Of a stretch of DNA of 64,000 bases, positions 8,058 to 18,800 are shown one piece after another; the first letter of the stretch is position 1; each line of letters opens with the position of its first letter. The stretch comes from Spirochaetia bacterium. GTDB lineage: Bacteria; Spirochaetota; Spirochaetia; SP-2023. The notes under the pieces are model-generated. The model was not told the DNA's origin. It was given only the letters and a program-made list of their open reading frames with translations, and did not search any database. A program made the position numbers and the translations under genes. The stretch lies in assembly GCA_965225855.1 (NCBI GenBank), contig CBDDCK010000005.1:1061509-1125508 (forward strand), written 5' to 3'.

Positions 8058-11000
8058 TCAAGATTTATTTTCAATAGTTAACCACTTATCTTTTTGCTTT
8101 TTCACCAATTCTTCTTGTTGTGCAAAAGATTGCCAATCTGTTTTGAATACATCAATTCTCAATTTACCATCTTCTTTTTTATCTTCTGTGATATTTTGCA
8201 AGATGATAATCCCTTTTCTGGCAATATTATATGCACCATTAGCATCAGAATCTTGAGGAAGAAGAGCATCTTTAGAAGCATAATCTTTAAGTTTTCTACT
8301 ATCGTAAAAAGGTTCAACAGGAGAAACAATAAAATCACTCTCTGCGTTATGGGTGTAAATTGTGTGAATGACTTTCCCTACATCATTTTTAATTTCTTGT
8401 TTTTCAGCTTTGCTATTATCCGTTACTCGCATATCTAAAAGGCGATTAAAATGAGCTATAATTTTTGCAAGTAGTTTATTTTCTTTATAGTCTTCTGCTT
8501 TTGATTTTTTACAAATTATTTCTTTAATATCCAAATCTTTTGTAAGTGTAATTTCCTGTTCATTAAAAAGTTTTTTCAATTCTTCATTGGTATCTACTAG
8601 TTTATGTGTGTTTTTGTCGTAAGTAGAGCGTTCTATACGGCTGTGAATTGTCCAAATTTTATCCAGTTTGGTTTCATCAAATTCTTTTTCGTCTTCATAA
8701 TTTCCTGTCTTACCTTTGAAATTTTTCAGGTTATACGAAAACTCAAAATGCTCTCCATTAAAAATGATGCTTTCAAACTTGCCAAAAAATTCTTGTGCCT
8801 GTTCTACATCTTTATATTTAGGATACAACGAACGCATATAGCCCGTAATTGGGTCGGTTTTTGAAGTATAACCAGCCGCGGTATAAAACAAAATTCCAGA
8901 TTGTTTTCCTAATTTTTGAAAACTCTCAAATTTATTAGAAAGTTGTAATGGCTTTAGGTAATGACCTGCCTTGTTTGAGTCTGTTTCTTTTTTGAATATT
9001 AAATAATTTAGTTTATCAATTAGGGCTTTCTCAAATTTTTGGTAAATCTGTTTTTCTACCTTAAATCTTCCTCGTTTAAAACCAGAATTTAAATCCTCCA
9101 GAACAACAATAGCATTATGTTTTACAATCAATTGACTCAATTGATGCACTACTTGGGAAAGATACCCTGCTTTTAATTCTTTAATGTTTTCAATAGTTTC
9201 CCAGTTTTCTCTTGCACCTGCGCGTTCTTTTTCTTTGGTGTCAAGTTTTGCATGATAGTCAATTTCTTTGGTAAATTTTGTACCTTCTTTTTCATATTCA
9301 TTTTTAATAATATTCCAACTGCCTTGCTCTAAAATATCACCATCTTGATTGATAACCGAGTAATACAGTAAATTTCGCTCACCCCTATCAATACCAATAA
9401 TCTTGACATCTTTGTTGTCTTTCAAAAATTCATTTACTTCTTGATTTAAGTAACTGCTACCTTGTGCTTTGAAATTACAAGTAATAGGACAATGAAATAA
9501 AATTTTATCCTCACTATATCTTTTGTCTTTAGTAATTTCTTGATTTTTATTAGTAATAATTTTGCCGATAATCGTATCCTTATATTGTACCAGCTTATAT
9601 TTTGTATGTTCACACTCCTTATAAGTAATATTATCTTTGCCCTTCAGGTCATCTTCAATATTTTGTTCAGTTATAGGTAACCCTAACTCTTTCCATTCTT
9701 TAGCATATTGCTTGTGTTTTAGAATAGTACCTACTTTATGGACAAAAAGATTCTTTATATTTATAGATGCTTTTCTAAAAAATAATTCTGCTTGACCGTT
9801 TAATTTATAAACGACATCTTTTAAGTTCTCTTCCTCAAAAAGTGCTTTCCAAAAGATAGTATGAAGATTATCAGTTCCTTTCTTTGTTTTCTCTTTAGAA
9901 AAATCTTTGTTGTATATTTCAAAAAGGTAGAGTTTTTCTTCTCCTACACATTGATCGATATAATTTTCACTGATATTAGTAAAAGATATTTTATAAATAC
10001 AGTGAGATAATTTATTATAAAATTTATCTAAAGATTCATATTCTTTTTCAAATAAGTTCTTGTAATCATATTCAGCTTCTGCTGTGCTAGCATAACTTTC
10101 TAAAAATGATTTACAAAATTTAATCCAAGTATTCAATGCTTCTTGATACTCTTTTTTGTAACGTGTCATCTCATTTTCAATTTTAGTAATAGTTTCTTTA
10201 TGTTCTAAAAATTTATTTAAATCCGTTTTTGATATTGCTGGATTCTCTATTTTTGATTCAGTCTCAAGTTTAAATTTAATCTCATTTTCTCTTATCTGCA
10301 AATATTCTTTTTGAAACTTTTTGGGTCTTGTATCTTCTGATTTTCTAGGCACAAATTCTTTTTTTGATTTATCATATACAGTGTTGTTGAGTTCAAAAAC
10401 TTGTTTTGTGATTTCCAAGTTTGATGAAAATTTTCCCTCGCTTGATTCTTTTTCAATAAGAAATGAAGTGTCGTTTTTATCAAAATGCTTTTTTACTTCT
10501 GAACGTTGAGTGGAACACTTAGGAATCATTGTAGTTCCATCTTTAAAAAATTTATAAACTACTTTTTTATATTGCTGACCTTCTTTTTTAATAAGTTTCA
10601 AGTTGGATAATTCTTTTTCCAAATTCAATAACTTATCGCTCTCTTGTTTATGTCCTTTTGTTCCTTGTTTTTTATTCGCTAATTTCTCCTTTTGTTTTTG
10701 AATCTCTTTACATTTGTTTTCAATAGCTACTTTATTTTCATCATCACCGCTATTTTTAAAGATCGTACTATGCGCTTTATCCATTACAGCCAGATAATAT
10801 TTATTATCCTTTAATAATAGGGCACAGGTATTATCAGTTTCTTTATTTTTATCCCACCCATCAGCAAGGGTTGCATTTTCAAAATTGAGTTTAAATTTTT
10901 CTACACTATATGGTTTTTGTGTGAGGTAGTTTCTGACTTGGTCATAGAGTGTGTTTATTTGTGATAAGTTGTCGTAAATTTTATCAAATTCACTATAAAA

Positions 11001-12764
11001 AGCATTATCTTTTTCAAATAAATTTTGTTTTTTCTCATCGCTCTTTTTGATTTTTACGACCAATGGCTTTAAGAAAAATTGCAATTGTTTGATACTGTCT
11101 AAATAGTTTTTAATTTTTAAAACATCTTCTTTATTGTTTTTTAATTCTTGCTCTTCATTATTGTATTTTTCTAAAATACAATTAATTTTGGAATTTGATT
11201 TAATATTTTCTAAAATGTCAATTGTTCGATGATTTTCTTTATCTGTAATTTTAAGACTTTCAAAATATGTAATCAAAGGCTTATTTATAGTTTTATTTTT
11301 GAGCTCATCTGTAATCTCATCACTTTCATAGTTTTTAGTATAAAACTCCAAAGCATTGTGAATCTTTTCAAGAGAAAAATAATCTTTTTTGAGTTCTTTT
11401 TCTCTTTGTTTTTCTGTAAATCTTTTCGGGTTGTTGTTTTTATCTTTGCCTAATAACTCATTTTTAAAATAATACACTAAAGCACTTTTATGATATTGCC
11501 CAAAAATTTCTTGTGAAATATCGGTAATAGCTTTATCATTTTTGATATAAACTTTGGATAAATCTGCCTGCTCTTTTAATATAGTAAAGATATTTTTATC
11601 GCAAGTAGATTTTAATCTCTCTGTGATGTTAAAATGTTCTTCCCCATTATAATAAAATAAATTGTCATTTTCAAAAGTAAAGCGTTGTAAATCCTCACAT
11701 AATTCAGCATCTGATTTGATACCCTCTAAACGAAATGAGCTACCTTCTCTATCGCTTAAAATCTGTTTGAAAAGCTCTTGCATTTTGCAGGAATAAGTAT
11801 CTTTTTTCTTTTCTTGCTCTTTTTTATCATTTTCTTCTAAGCCTTTCTTTTGTGACAAAACAGGGAACAAAAGATGCTCAGCTTTTTTATCATCTCCCTC
11901 TAAGCCTTTCTTTTGTGAGACTAATCGCTGACCTGCTAAATTGATAATCTCGTTGAAGCCTTTGATTTTTGTATTTTTATCAATAGTTTTTCCACCAATA
12001 ACTTGGTTATATTTATCAATTCCACTTTGAGTTAAACATTGATTAAAGTATTCTAACTTGAAAACACTGTCTAAACTTTCAATTTTTAAATCATCTAAAT
12101 TTTCTTTTAATTTAGAAAAATCAATATTGAGTTTCTTTGCGTTCTCATAGCATTCTAAATTCTCTAAAAACTTGGGTAAATTTTCGTGAATGAGTCTATA
12201 ACCAATCGCCGTAGAGTGTTCTTTTTCTGTGTAAATATTCTTTCTGTTCTCTTCAAAACCTCCAAAGTAAGTTGTCCAGCCTTTGAACTTTGTGATAATC
12301 TCTATTTTATGTTTATGGTCTAAATCTTGACCATTTTGGTATCGCTTTTTTAACCACGAGATAAGGATACTTTCAATAAACTCTTTTCCAAATGGCTCTT
12401 TATCAGTTTTAAAAATTTCACCTTTGGCATTGGAAAGTTTTTTGCGTAATTGACCTTGTATTGATTCTAAACTCTTTTGAAGTGTTTTATTTTTCTTATC
12501 GCTTTTAAGTTTTGAATAGATCTCTTTAAAATTTTTTAATTCTTTAACATCAAAAGCAAAATTTTTCAAACCCTCATTGATAAACCATTTATGATATTCA
12601 TCAATGATTTTTTTGGCTTCTTTATAGTCTTTTGCTCGTTGCTCATCTTTGCTAATGAGACCTTTATTGTTGATATGCTCAAGTGTTTTTCCAATAGGTT
12701 TTAACTCAAATCGTAGGGTTTTATCTACAGAATATTTATTTGTAAATTTTTCAAACATCTCCAT
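8058..12764 (-). CDS. cas12a: Cas12a (Cpf1), type V-A effector, unusually long at 1,568 aa
   Basis: 'KTLRFELKPIGKT' N-terminus, 'NLHTIFWKALF', 'KLNGQAELFFRK'. RuvC-I 'IGIDRGERNLLY' (D1126), RuvC-II 'VVLEDLNSGFKRGR' (E1223), 'YTSKTDPITGY', RuvC-III 'DSDANGAYNIARKG' (D1507). Adjacent to an array whose repeat ends in the canonical Cas12a handle. Confidence 0.97.
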   Translation of the reverse strand: MEMFEKFTNKYSVDKTLRFELKPIGKTLEHINNKGLISKDEQRAKDYKEAKKIIDEYHKWFINEGLKNFAFDVKELKNFKEIYSKLKSDKKNKTLQKSLESIQGQLRKKLSNAKGEIFKTDKEPFGKEFIESILISWLKKRYQNGQDLDHKHKIEIITKFKGWTTYFGGFEENRKNIYTEKEHSTAIGYRLIHENLPKFLENLECYENAKKLNIDFSKLKENLDDLKIESLDSVFKLEYFNQCLTQSGIDKYNQVIGGKTIDKNTKIKGFNEIINLAGQRLVSQKKGLEGDDKKAEHLLFPVLSQKKGLEENDKKEQEKKKDTYSCKMQELFKQILSDREGSSFRLEGIKSDAELCEDLQRFTFENDNLFYYNGEEHFNITERLKSTCDKNIFTILKEQADLSKVYIKNDKAITDISQEIFGQYHKSALVYYFKNELLGKDKNNNPKRFTEKQREKELKKDYFSLEKIHNALEFYTKNYESDEITDELKNKTINKPLITYFESLKITDKENHRTIDILENIKSNSKINCILEKYNNEEQELKNNKEDVLKIKNYLDSIKQLQFFLKPLVVKIKKSDEKKQNLFEKDNAFYSEFDKIYDNLSQINTLYDQVRNYLTQKPYSVEKFKLNFENATLADGWDKNKETDNTCALLLKDNKYYLAVMDKAHSTIFKNSGDDENKVAIENKCKEIQKQKEKLANKKQGTKGHKQESDKLLNLEKELSNLKLIKKEGQQYKKVVYKFFKDGTTMIPKCSTQRSEVKKHFDKNDTSFLIEKESSEGKFSSNLEITKQVFELNNTVYDKSKKEFVPRKSEDTRPKKFQKEYLQIRENEIKFKLETESKIENPAISKTDLNKFLEHKETITKIENEMTRYKKEYQEALNTWIKFCKSFLESYASTAEAEYDYKNLFEKEYESLDKFYNKLSHCIYKISFTNISENYIDQCVGEEKLYLFEIYNKDFSKEKTKKGTDNLHTIFWKALFEEENLKDVVYKLNGQAELFFRKASINIKNLFVHKVGTILKHKQYAKEWKELGLPITEQNIEDDLKGKDNITYKECEHTKYKLVQYKDTIIGKIITNKNQEITKDKRYSEDKILFHCPITCNFKAQGSSYLNQEVNEFLKDNKDVKIIGIDRGERNLLYYSVINQDGDILEQGSWNIIKNEYEKEGTKFTKEIDYHAKLDTKEKERAGARENWETIENIKELKAGYLSQVVHQLSQLIVKHNAIVVLEDLNSGFKRGRFKVEKQIYQKFEKALIDKLNYLIFKKETDSNKAGHYLKPLQLSNKFESFQKLGKQSGILFYTAAGYTSKTDPITGYMRSLYPKYKDVEQAQEFFGKFESIIFNGEHFEFSYNLKNFKGKTGNYEDEKEFDETKLDKIWTIHSRIERSTYDKNTHKLVDTNEELKKLFNEQEITLTKDLDIKEIICKKSKAEDYKENKLLAKIIAHFNRLLDMRVTDNSKAEKQEIKNDVGKVIHTIYTHNAESDFIVSPVEPFYDSRKLKDYASKDALLPQDSDANGAYNIARKGIIILQNITEDKKEDGKLRIDVFKTDWQSFAQQEELVKKQKDKWLTIENKS

Positions 12765-12781
12765 ATAAACTCCTGCACGCT

Positions 12782-12810
12782 AGTATAGTTATTTCATTTG
12801 TCAAGCTCAA
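12782..12810 (-). promoter_or_regulatory. Candidate sigma70 promoter for cas12a, between the last repeat and the start codon
   Basis: Minus strand reads TTGAGC (12810-12805), 17 nt, TATACT (12787-12782), then AGGAG 5 nt before the ATG at 12764. Sequence pattern only. Confidence 0.4.
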
Positions 12811-12831
12811 TAACTTTAACATAATTATTTA

Positions 12832-15800
12832 ATCTACAACAGTAGAAATTAAATAGTGTCCTTAGACTCTTCTTCTCTGCTGTATATTTTTTTGTAAAAT
12901 CTACAACAGTAGAAATTAAATAGTGTCCTTAGACCAAACCACCCAAACATTCAACCCTTCAATCTACAACAGTAGAAATTAAATAGTGTCCTTAGACTTA
13001 CTCAACATCCTAGTCTGCTACAATCTACAACAGTAGAAATTAAATAGTGTCCTTAGACTCTTCTTCTCTGCTGTATATTTTTTTGTAAAATCTACAACAG
13101 TAGAAATTAAATAGTGTCCTTAGACCAAACCACCCAAACATTCAACCCTTCAATCTACAACAGTAGAAATTAAATAGTGTCCTTAGACTTACTCAACATC
13201 CTAGTCTGCTACAATCTACAACAGTAGAAATTAAATAGTGTCCTTAGACTCTTCTTCTCTGCTGTATATTTTTTTGTAAAATCTACAACAGTAGAAATTA
13301 AATAGTGTCCTTAGACCAACGAAGCCCTAGCCGAAGCCAACGATCTACAACAGTAGAAATTAAATAGTGTCCTTAGACTATGATATGGACAGAAGAAGAT
13401 GATGATATCTACAACAGTAGAAATTAAATAGTGTCCTTAGACGAATAACAACGGCGAGATCGCCGTAATCTACAACAGTAGAAATTAAATAGTGTCCTTA
13501 GACGAAAATAGCTAAGGGAATAGCTATAGAGATCTACAACAGTAGAAATTAAATAGTGTCCTTAGACAGCCCTATGGTGATTGCTACAGGCCTATCTACA
13601 ACAGTAGAAATTAAATAGTGTCCTTAGACAGCCCTATGGTGATTGCTACAGGCCTATCTACAACAGTAGAAATTAAATAGTGTCCTTAGACAAAATAGCA
13701 AACGATGCCGTGGTCGCAATCTACAACAGTAGAAATTAAATAGTGTCCTTAGACACGTTAATTTGCCCGATTATTGTAAAAATCTACAACAGTAGAAATT
13801 AAATAGTGTCCTTAGACACCGTATAATGCAATTGCATGATTGATTATCTACAACAGTAGAAATTAAATAGTGTCCTTAGACACCGTATAATGCAATTGCA
13901 TGATTGATTATCTACAACAGTAGAAATTAAATAGTGTCCTTAGACCATATTGCCACTCAAAAACAATTTTAACTATCTACAACAGTAGAAATTAAATAGT
14001 GTCCTTAGACAGTCTATTGTTCGTCTGTCTTGGAGGGAATCTACAACAGTAGAAATTAAATAGTGTCCTTAGACCACTCCTCCAGCACACACACTCCTCC
14101 AGATCTACAACAGTAGAAATTAAATAGTGTCCTTAGACGGATTCATAGTCAGCCTCAAAATGGGATCTACAACAGTAGAAATTAAATAGTGTCCTTAGAC
14201 AATGAAATCTTCCCATTGATCCCATAAATCTACAACAGTAGAAATTAAATAGTGTCCTTAGACGCCAACAGCAATAAAATAGCAATGTTCATCTACAACA
14301 GTAGAAATTAAATAGTGTCCTTAGACCCTGTGTATCTTGGTGAAGATTATTCATCTACAACAGTAGAAATTAAATAGTGTCCTTAGACGCGTTTTATCCG
14401 TGTAGGAATCTACAATCTACAACAGTAGAAATTAAATAGTGTCCTTAGACAACTCATCCCAGCGACCCTGATAGCCATCTACAACAGTAGAAATTAAATA
14501 GTGTCCTTAGACAATACTCATTATAAATAAGGTTATACGCTATCTACAACAGTAGAAATTAAATAGTGTCCTTAGACTGTATCTGTATAGACAATCTAAG
14601 GTCAATCTACAACAGTAGAAATTAAATAGTGTCCTTAGACTCTATATTCATCCCAACGTCCTTGATAACATCTACAACAGTAGAAATTAAATAGTGTCCT
14701 TAGACATGTCAATTACCATAATCCCTTTAGTATCTACAACAGTAGAAATTAAATAGTGTCCTTAGACCAAATGCAGTGCTCTTTTTTTTTTAATCTACAA
14801 CAGTAGAAATTAAATAGTGTCCTTAGACTCTGGATGAACACATACGAACTAGTTATCTACAACAGTAGAAATTAAATAGTGTCCTTAGACACTGTTGCAC
14901 AAGGCCTCCCAATTTTATCTACAACAGTAGAAATTAAATAGTGTCCTTAGACATGTCTAATGAAATAAAACAATACAATATCTACAACAGTAGAAATTAA
15001 ATAGTGTCCTTAGACCGGTTGTATAGCTTTGCATTGGGCAGCCATCTACAACAGTAGAAATTAAATAGTGTCCTTAGACCCCTAAGCATAAGAGCACTAT
15101 TCAATACTATCTACAACAGTAGAAATTAAATAGTGTCCTTAGACTTACGCCATTACATTGGGCCGCGCGCAAATCTACAACAGTAGAAATTAAATAGTGT
15201 CCTTAGACATTATCTTAATATATCCAAGGGGCTATAATCTACAACAGTAGAAATTAAATAGTGTCCTTAGACACAGCCCCATCTAGGAAATCCATTTAAT
15301 CTACAACAGTAGAAATTAAATAGTGTCCTTAGACAACAGATTCAAAAATCCCTTTTTATCTATCTACAACAGTAGAAATTAAATAGTGTCCTTAGACATC
15401 GGGCACGCCGTTTATTACCAATTATCTACAACAGTAGAAATTAAATAGTGTCCTTAGACGGAAAATGAATAAGTTTGCTTGTACTTAATCTACAACAGTA
15501 GAAATTAAATAGTGTCCTTAGACGGAAAATGAATAAGTTTGCTTGTACTTAATCTACAACAGTAGAAATTAAATAGTGTCCTTAGACATGGCAGGCGCAG
15601 AAGGAGACGCCCGTATCTACAACAGTAGAAATTAAATAGTGTCCTTAGACATTTTTATCCTATACCCGCAGCAGTAACAATCTACAACAGTAGAAATTAA
15701 ATAGTGTCCTTAGACCTTCAATCTGTTCTTCCATATACCACCTATCTACAACAGTAGAAATTAAATAGTGTCCTTAGACTGTCGTGATATTTACTACCAG

Positions 15801-18800
15801 ATACCATCTACAACAGTAGAAATTAAATAGTGTCCTTAGACACAACATTTATTCTATAAATACAACCTAATCTACAACAGTAGAAATTAAATAGTGTCCT
15901 TAGACAAATACAGCCGATAATATGAATATATAATCTACAACAGTAGAAATTAAATAGTGTCCTTAGACGAGATATCGTTGTTGCCACGAGAACGATCTAC
16001 AACAGTAGAAATTAAATAGTGTCCTTAGACAATTCGGTTACTGGAAACTTGGACACATCTACAACAGTAGAAATTAAATAGTGTCCTTAGACCGTAAAAC
16101 TGGAAACTTAGAAATTCAGGACATCTACAACAGTAGAAATTAAATAGTGTCCTTAGACAGAACAAGAATTAAACCTAGTGCGCAATCTACAACAGTAGAA
16201 ATTAAATAGTGTCCTTAGACCAATAGTGAACAATTCAAGCCACCTATTATCTACAACAGTAGAAATTAAATAGTGTCCTTAGACTTTACAAGTTTGCAAG
16301 CAGCACCACAAATCTACAACAGTAGAAATTAAATAGTGTCCTTAGACCCCACGATAGGGTAAAATAGCTACCAATCTACAACAGTAGAAATTAAATAGTG
16401 TCCTTAGACATTGATGTTGTAAGATAGAACTATTGCCATATCTACAACAGTAGAAATTAAATAGTGTCCTTAGACTTTAAAAGAAAACAATTGAATTGAT
16501 CCTATCTACAACAGTAGAAATTAAATAGTGTCCTTAGACAATGTTTAGTTTGTCAATTTCGTTGTGATCTACAACAGTAGAAATTAAATAGTGTCCTTAG
16601 ACCTTTTGATAAGGCCGAGGTGGCCCTATATCTACAACAGTAGAAATTAAATAGTGTCCTTAGACCATAAAATCGGGGGCTTAAAACCAATAATCTACAA
16701 CAGTAGAAATTAAATAGTGTCCTTAGACCTTCATATGCTGCGCAGTGCAAGGGTGATCTACAACAGTAGAAATTAAATAGTGTCCTTAGACCTTCATATG
16801 CTGCGCAGTGCAAGGGTGATCTACAACAGTAGAAATTAAATAGTGTCCTTAGACCTTCATATGCTGCGCAGTGCAAGGGTGATCTACAACAGTAGAAATT
16901 AAATAGTGTCCTTAGACCTGCTAATAGCAGCTGGGGCCGATCCATCTACAACAGTAGAAATTAAATAGTGTCCTTAGACCTGCTAATAGCAGCTGGGGCC
17001 GATCCATCTACAACAGTAGAAATTAAATAGTGTCCTTAGACCCCTTGCACTGGGCAGCCGATGAAGAATCTACAACAGTAGAAATTAAATAGTGTCCTTA
17101 GACCTTAGCCTCATATGGAGGCCATAAAATCTACAACAGTAGAAATTAAATAGTGTCCTTAGACATAAAATCGGGGACTTAAAACCAATAATCTACAACA
17201 GTAGAAATTAAATAGTGTCCTTAGACACATCCTTGCTAAAGCTACTGACCATAAATCTACAACAGTAGAAATTAAATAGTGTCCTTAGACCATGAATGGT
17301 ATGTTTTATAATTGTTAATCTACAACAGTAGAAATTAAATAGTGTCCTTAGACTTTTGTTGCTGTTAATCCTGACTCCTATCTACAACAGTAGAAATTAA
17401 ATAGTGTCCTTAGACCTTGGCCTTTACATCGGCCAATTACATCTACAACAGTAGAAATTAAATAGTGTCCTTAGACAAAATATACAGGTTTATATCGTAT
17501 CCATCTACAACAGTAGAAATTAAATAGTGTCCTTAGACCTTGGCCTTTACATCGGCCAATTACATCTACAACAGTAGAAATTAAATAGTGTCCTTAGACG
17601 ACGCAATATCCTGCATCTAGCAGCGAATCTACAACAGTAGAAATTAAATAGTGTCCTTAGACAGGGCTAAAGGTGTGGCCGAAGCTAAATCTACAACAGT
17701 AGAAATTAAATAGTGTCCTTAGACCAACGCCAATCCCTAGCAATCCACCCACATCTACAACAGTAGAAATTAAATAGTGTCCTTAGACTACAAAGGAATA
17801 GAATACGCTTCGTATCTACAACAGTAGAAATTAAATAGTGTCCTTAGACGCCATAACTAAAAGAAAAAAAGTACAAATCTACAACAGTAGAAATTAAATA
17901 GTGTCCTTAGACCAAATCATTTTTAACTTTAACCTCCATATCTACAACAGTAGAAATTAAATAGTGTCCTTAGACGTACGGTCAATAAACAAACCCCTAA
18001 TTGATCTACAACAGTAGAAATTAAATAGTGTCCTTAGACCAGCAAACCAGCACCGAGCGTAATAAAAATCTACAACAGTAGAAATTAAATAGTGTCCTTA
18101 GACTCCACAACAGTTTTTTCTTCCACTTCGGATCTACAACAGTAGAAATTAAATAGTGTCCTTAGACTTATGAAAAATATAAAGGAAAGCTTGAAAATCT
18201 ACAACAGTAGAAATTAAATAGTGTCCTTAGACCCTATAAGGGTATGCTACCGTGTAATAAATCTACAACAGTAGAAATTAAATAGTGTCCTTAGACCTTG
18301 CTAAGGCAGTCTGCAACCCCCGTATCTACAACAGTAGAAATTAAATAGTGTCCTTAGACCAAATATGGTAACATAAATAATATCTGATCTACAACAGTAG
18401 AAATTAAATAGTGTCCTTAGACTTAGCAGAAGATCAAGAATTGCGTGAAATCTACAACAGTAGAAATTAAATAGTGTCCTTAGACTTCTGTTCAGCGTAG
18501 GGTTACTGATCTATCTACAACAGTAGAAATTAAATAGTGTCCTTAGACCTTGTTTATAACTCATTCCTATTTCGTTATCTACAACAGTAGAAATTAAATA
18601 GTGTCCTTAGACCGTTGGTGGCTAAGTCTAGCCGTTTTAATCTACAACAGTAGAAATTAAATAGTGTCCTTAGACCACTGTTGCAAAGTGCCTCCCAATT
18701 TTATCTACAACAGTAGAAATTAAATAGTGTCCTTAGACAGTTTATCGTAAGGTTTTCTTATTTTATATCTACAACAGTAGAAATTAAATAGTGTCCTTAG

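Noticed and set aside
8094-11453. Plus-strand ORFs inside the cas genes (5477-5662, 6616-6801, 8094-8438, 8604-8864, 10321-10509, 11229-11453) and the minus-strand alternative-frame ORF 10292-10483.
   Set aside because: They are short, hydrophobic or low-complexity products of very AT-rich DNA, fully nested in long well-supported effector genes.
8018-12831. Searched for a tracrRNA or anti-repeat, or a second mini-array that could serve the 1,202-aa effector.
   Set aside because: I saw no further copy or complement of the repeat outside 12832-33176 other than the pseudo-repeat at 34190-34226. Type V-A and Cas12a2 systems do not need a tracrRNA.
16553-16945. Track ORFs inside the CRISPR array (16553-16945, 19597-19809, 30635-30850, 33094-33309) encoding reiterated 'LRTLFNFYCCR' peptides.
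   Set aside because: They are translations of the 36-nt repeat read through spacers that happen to lack stops. The periodic identical peptide is the repeat itself, not a gene.
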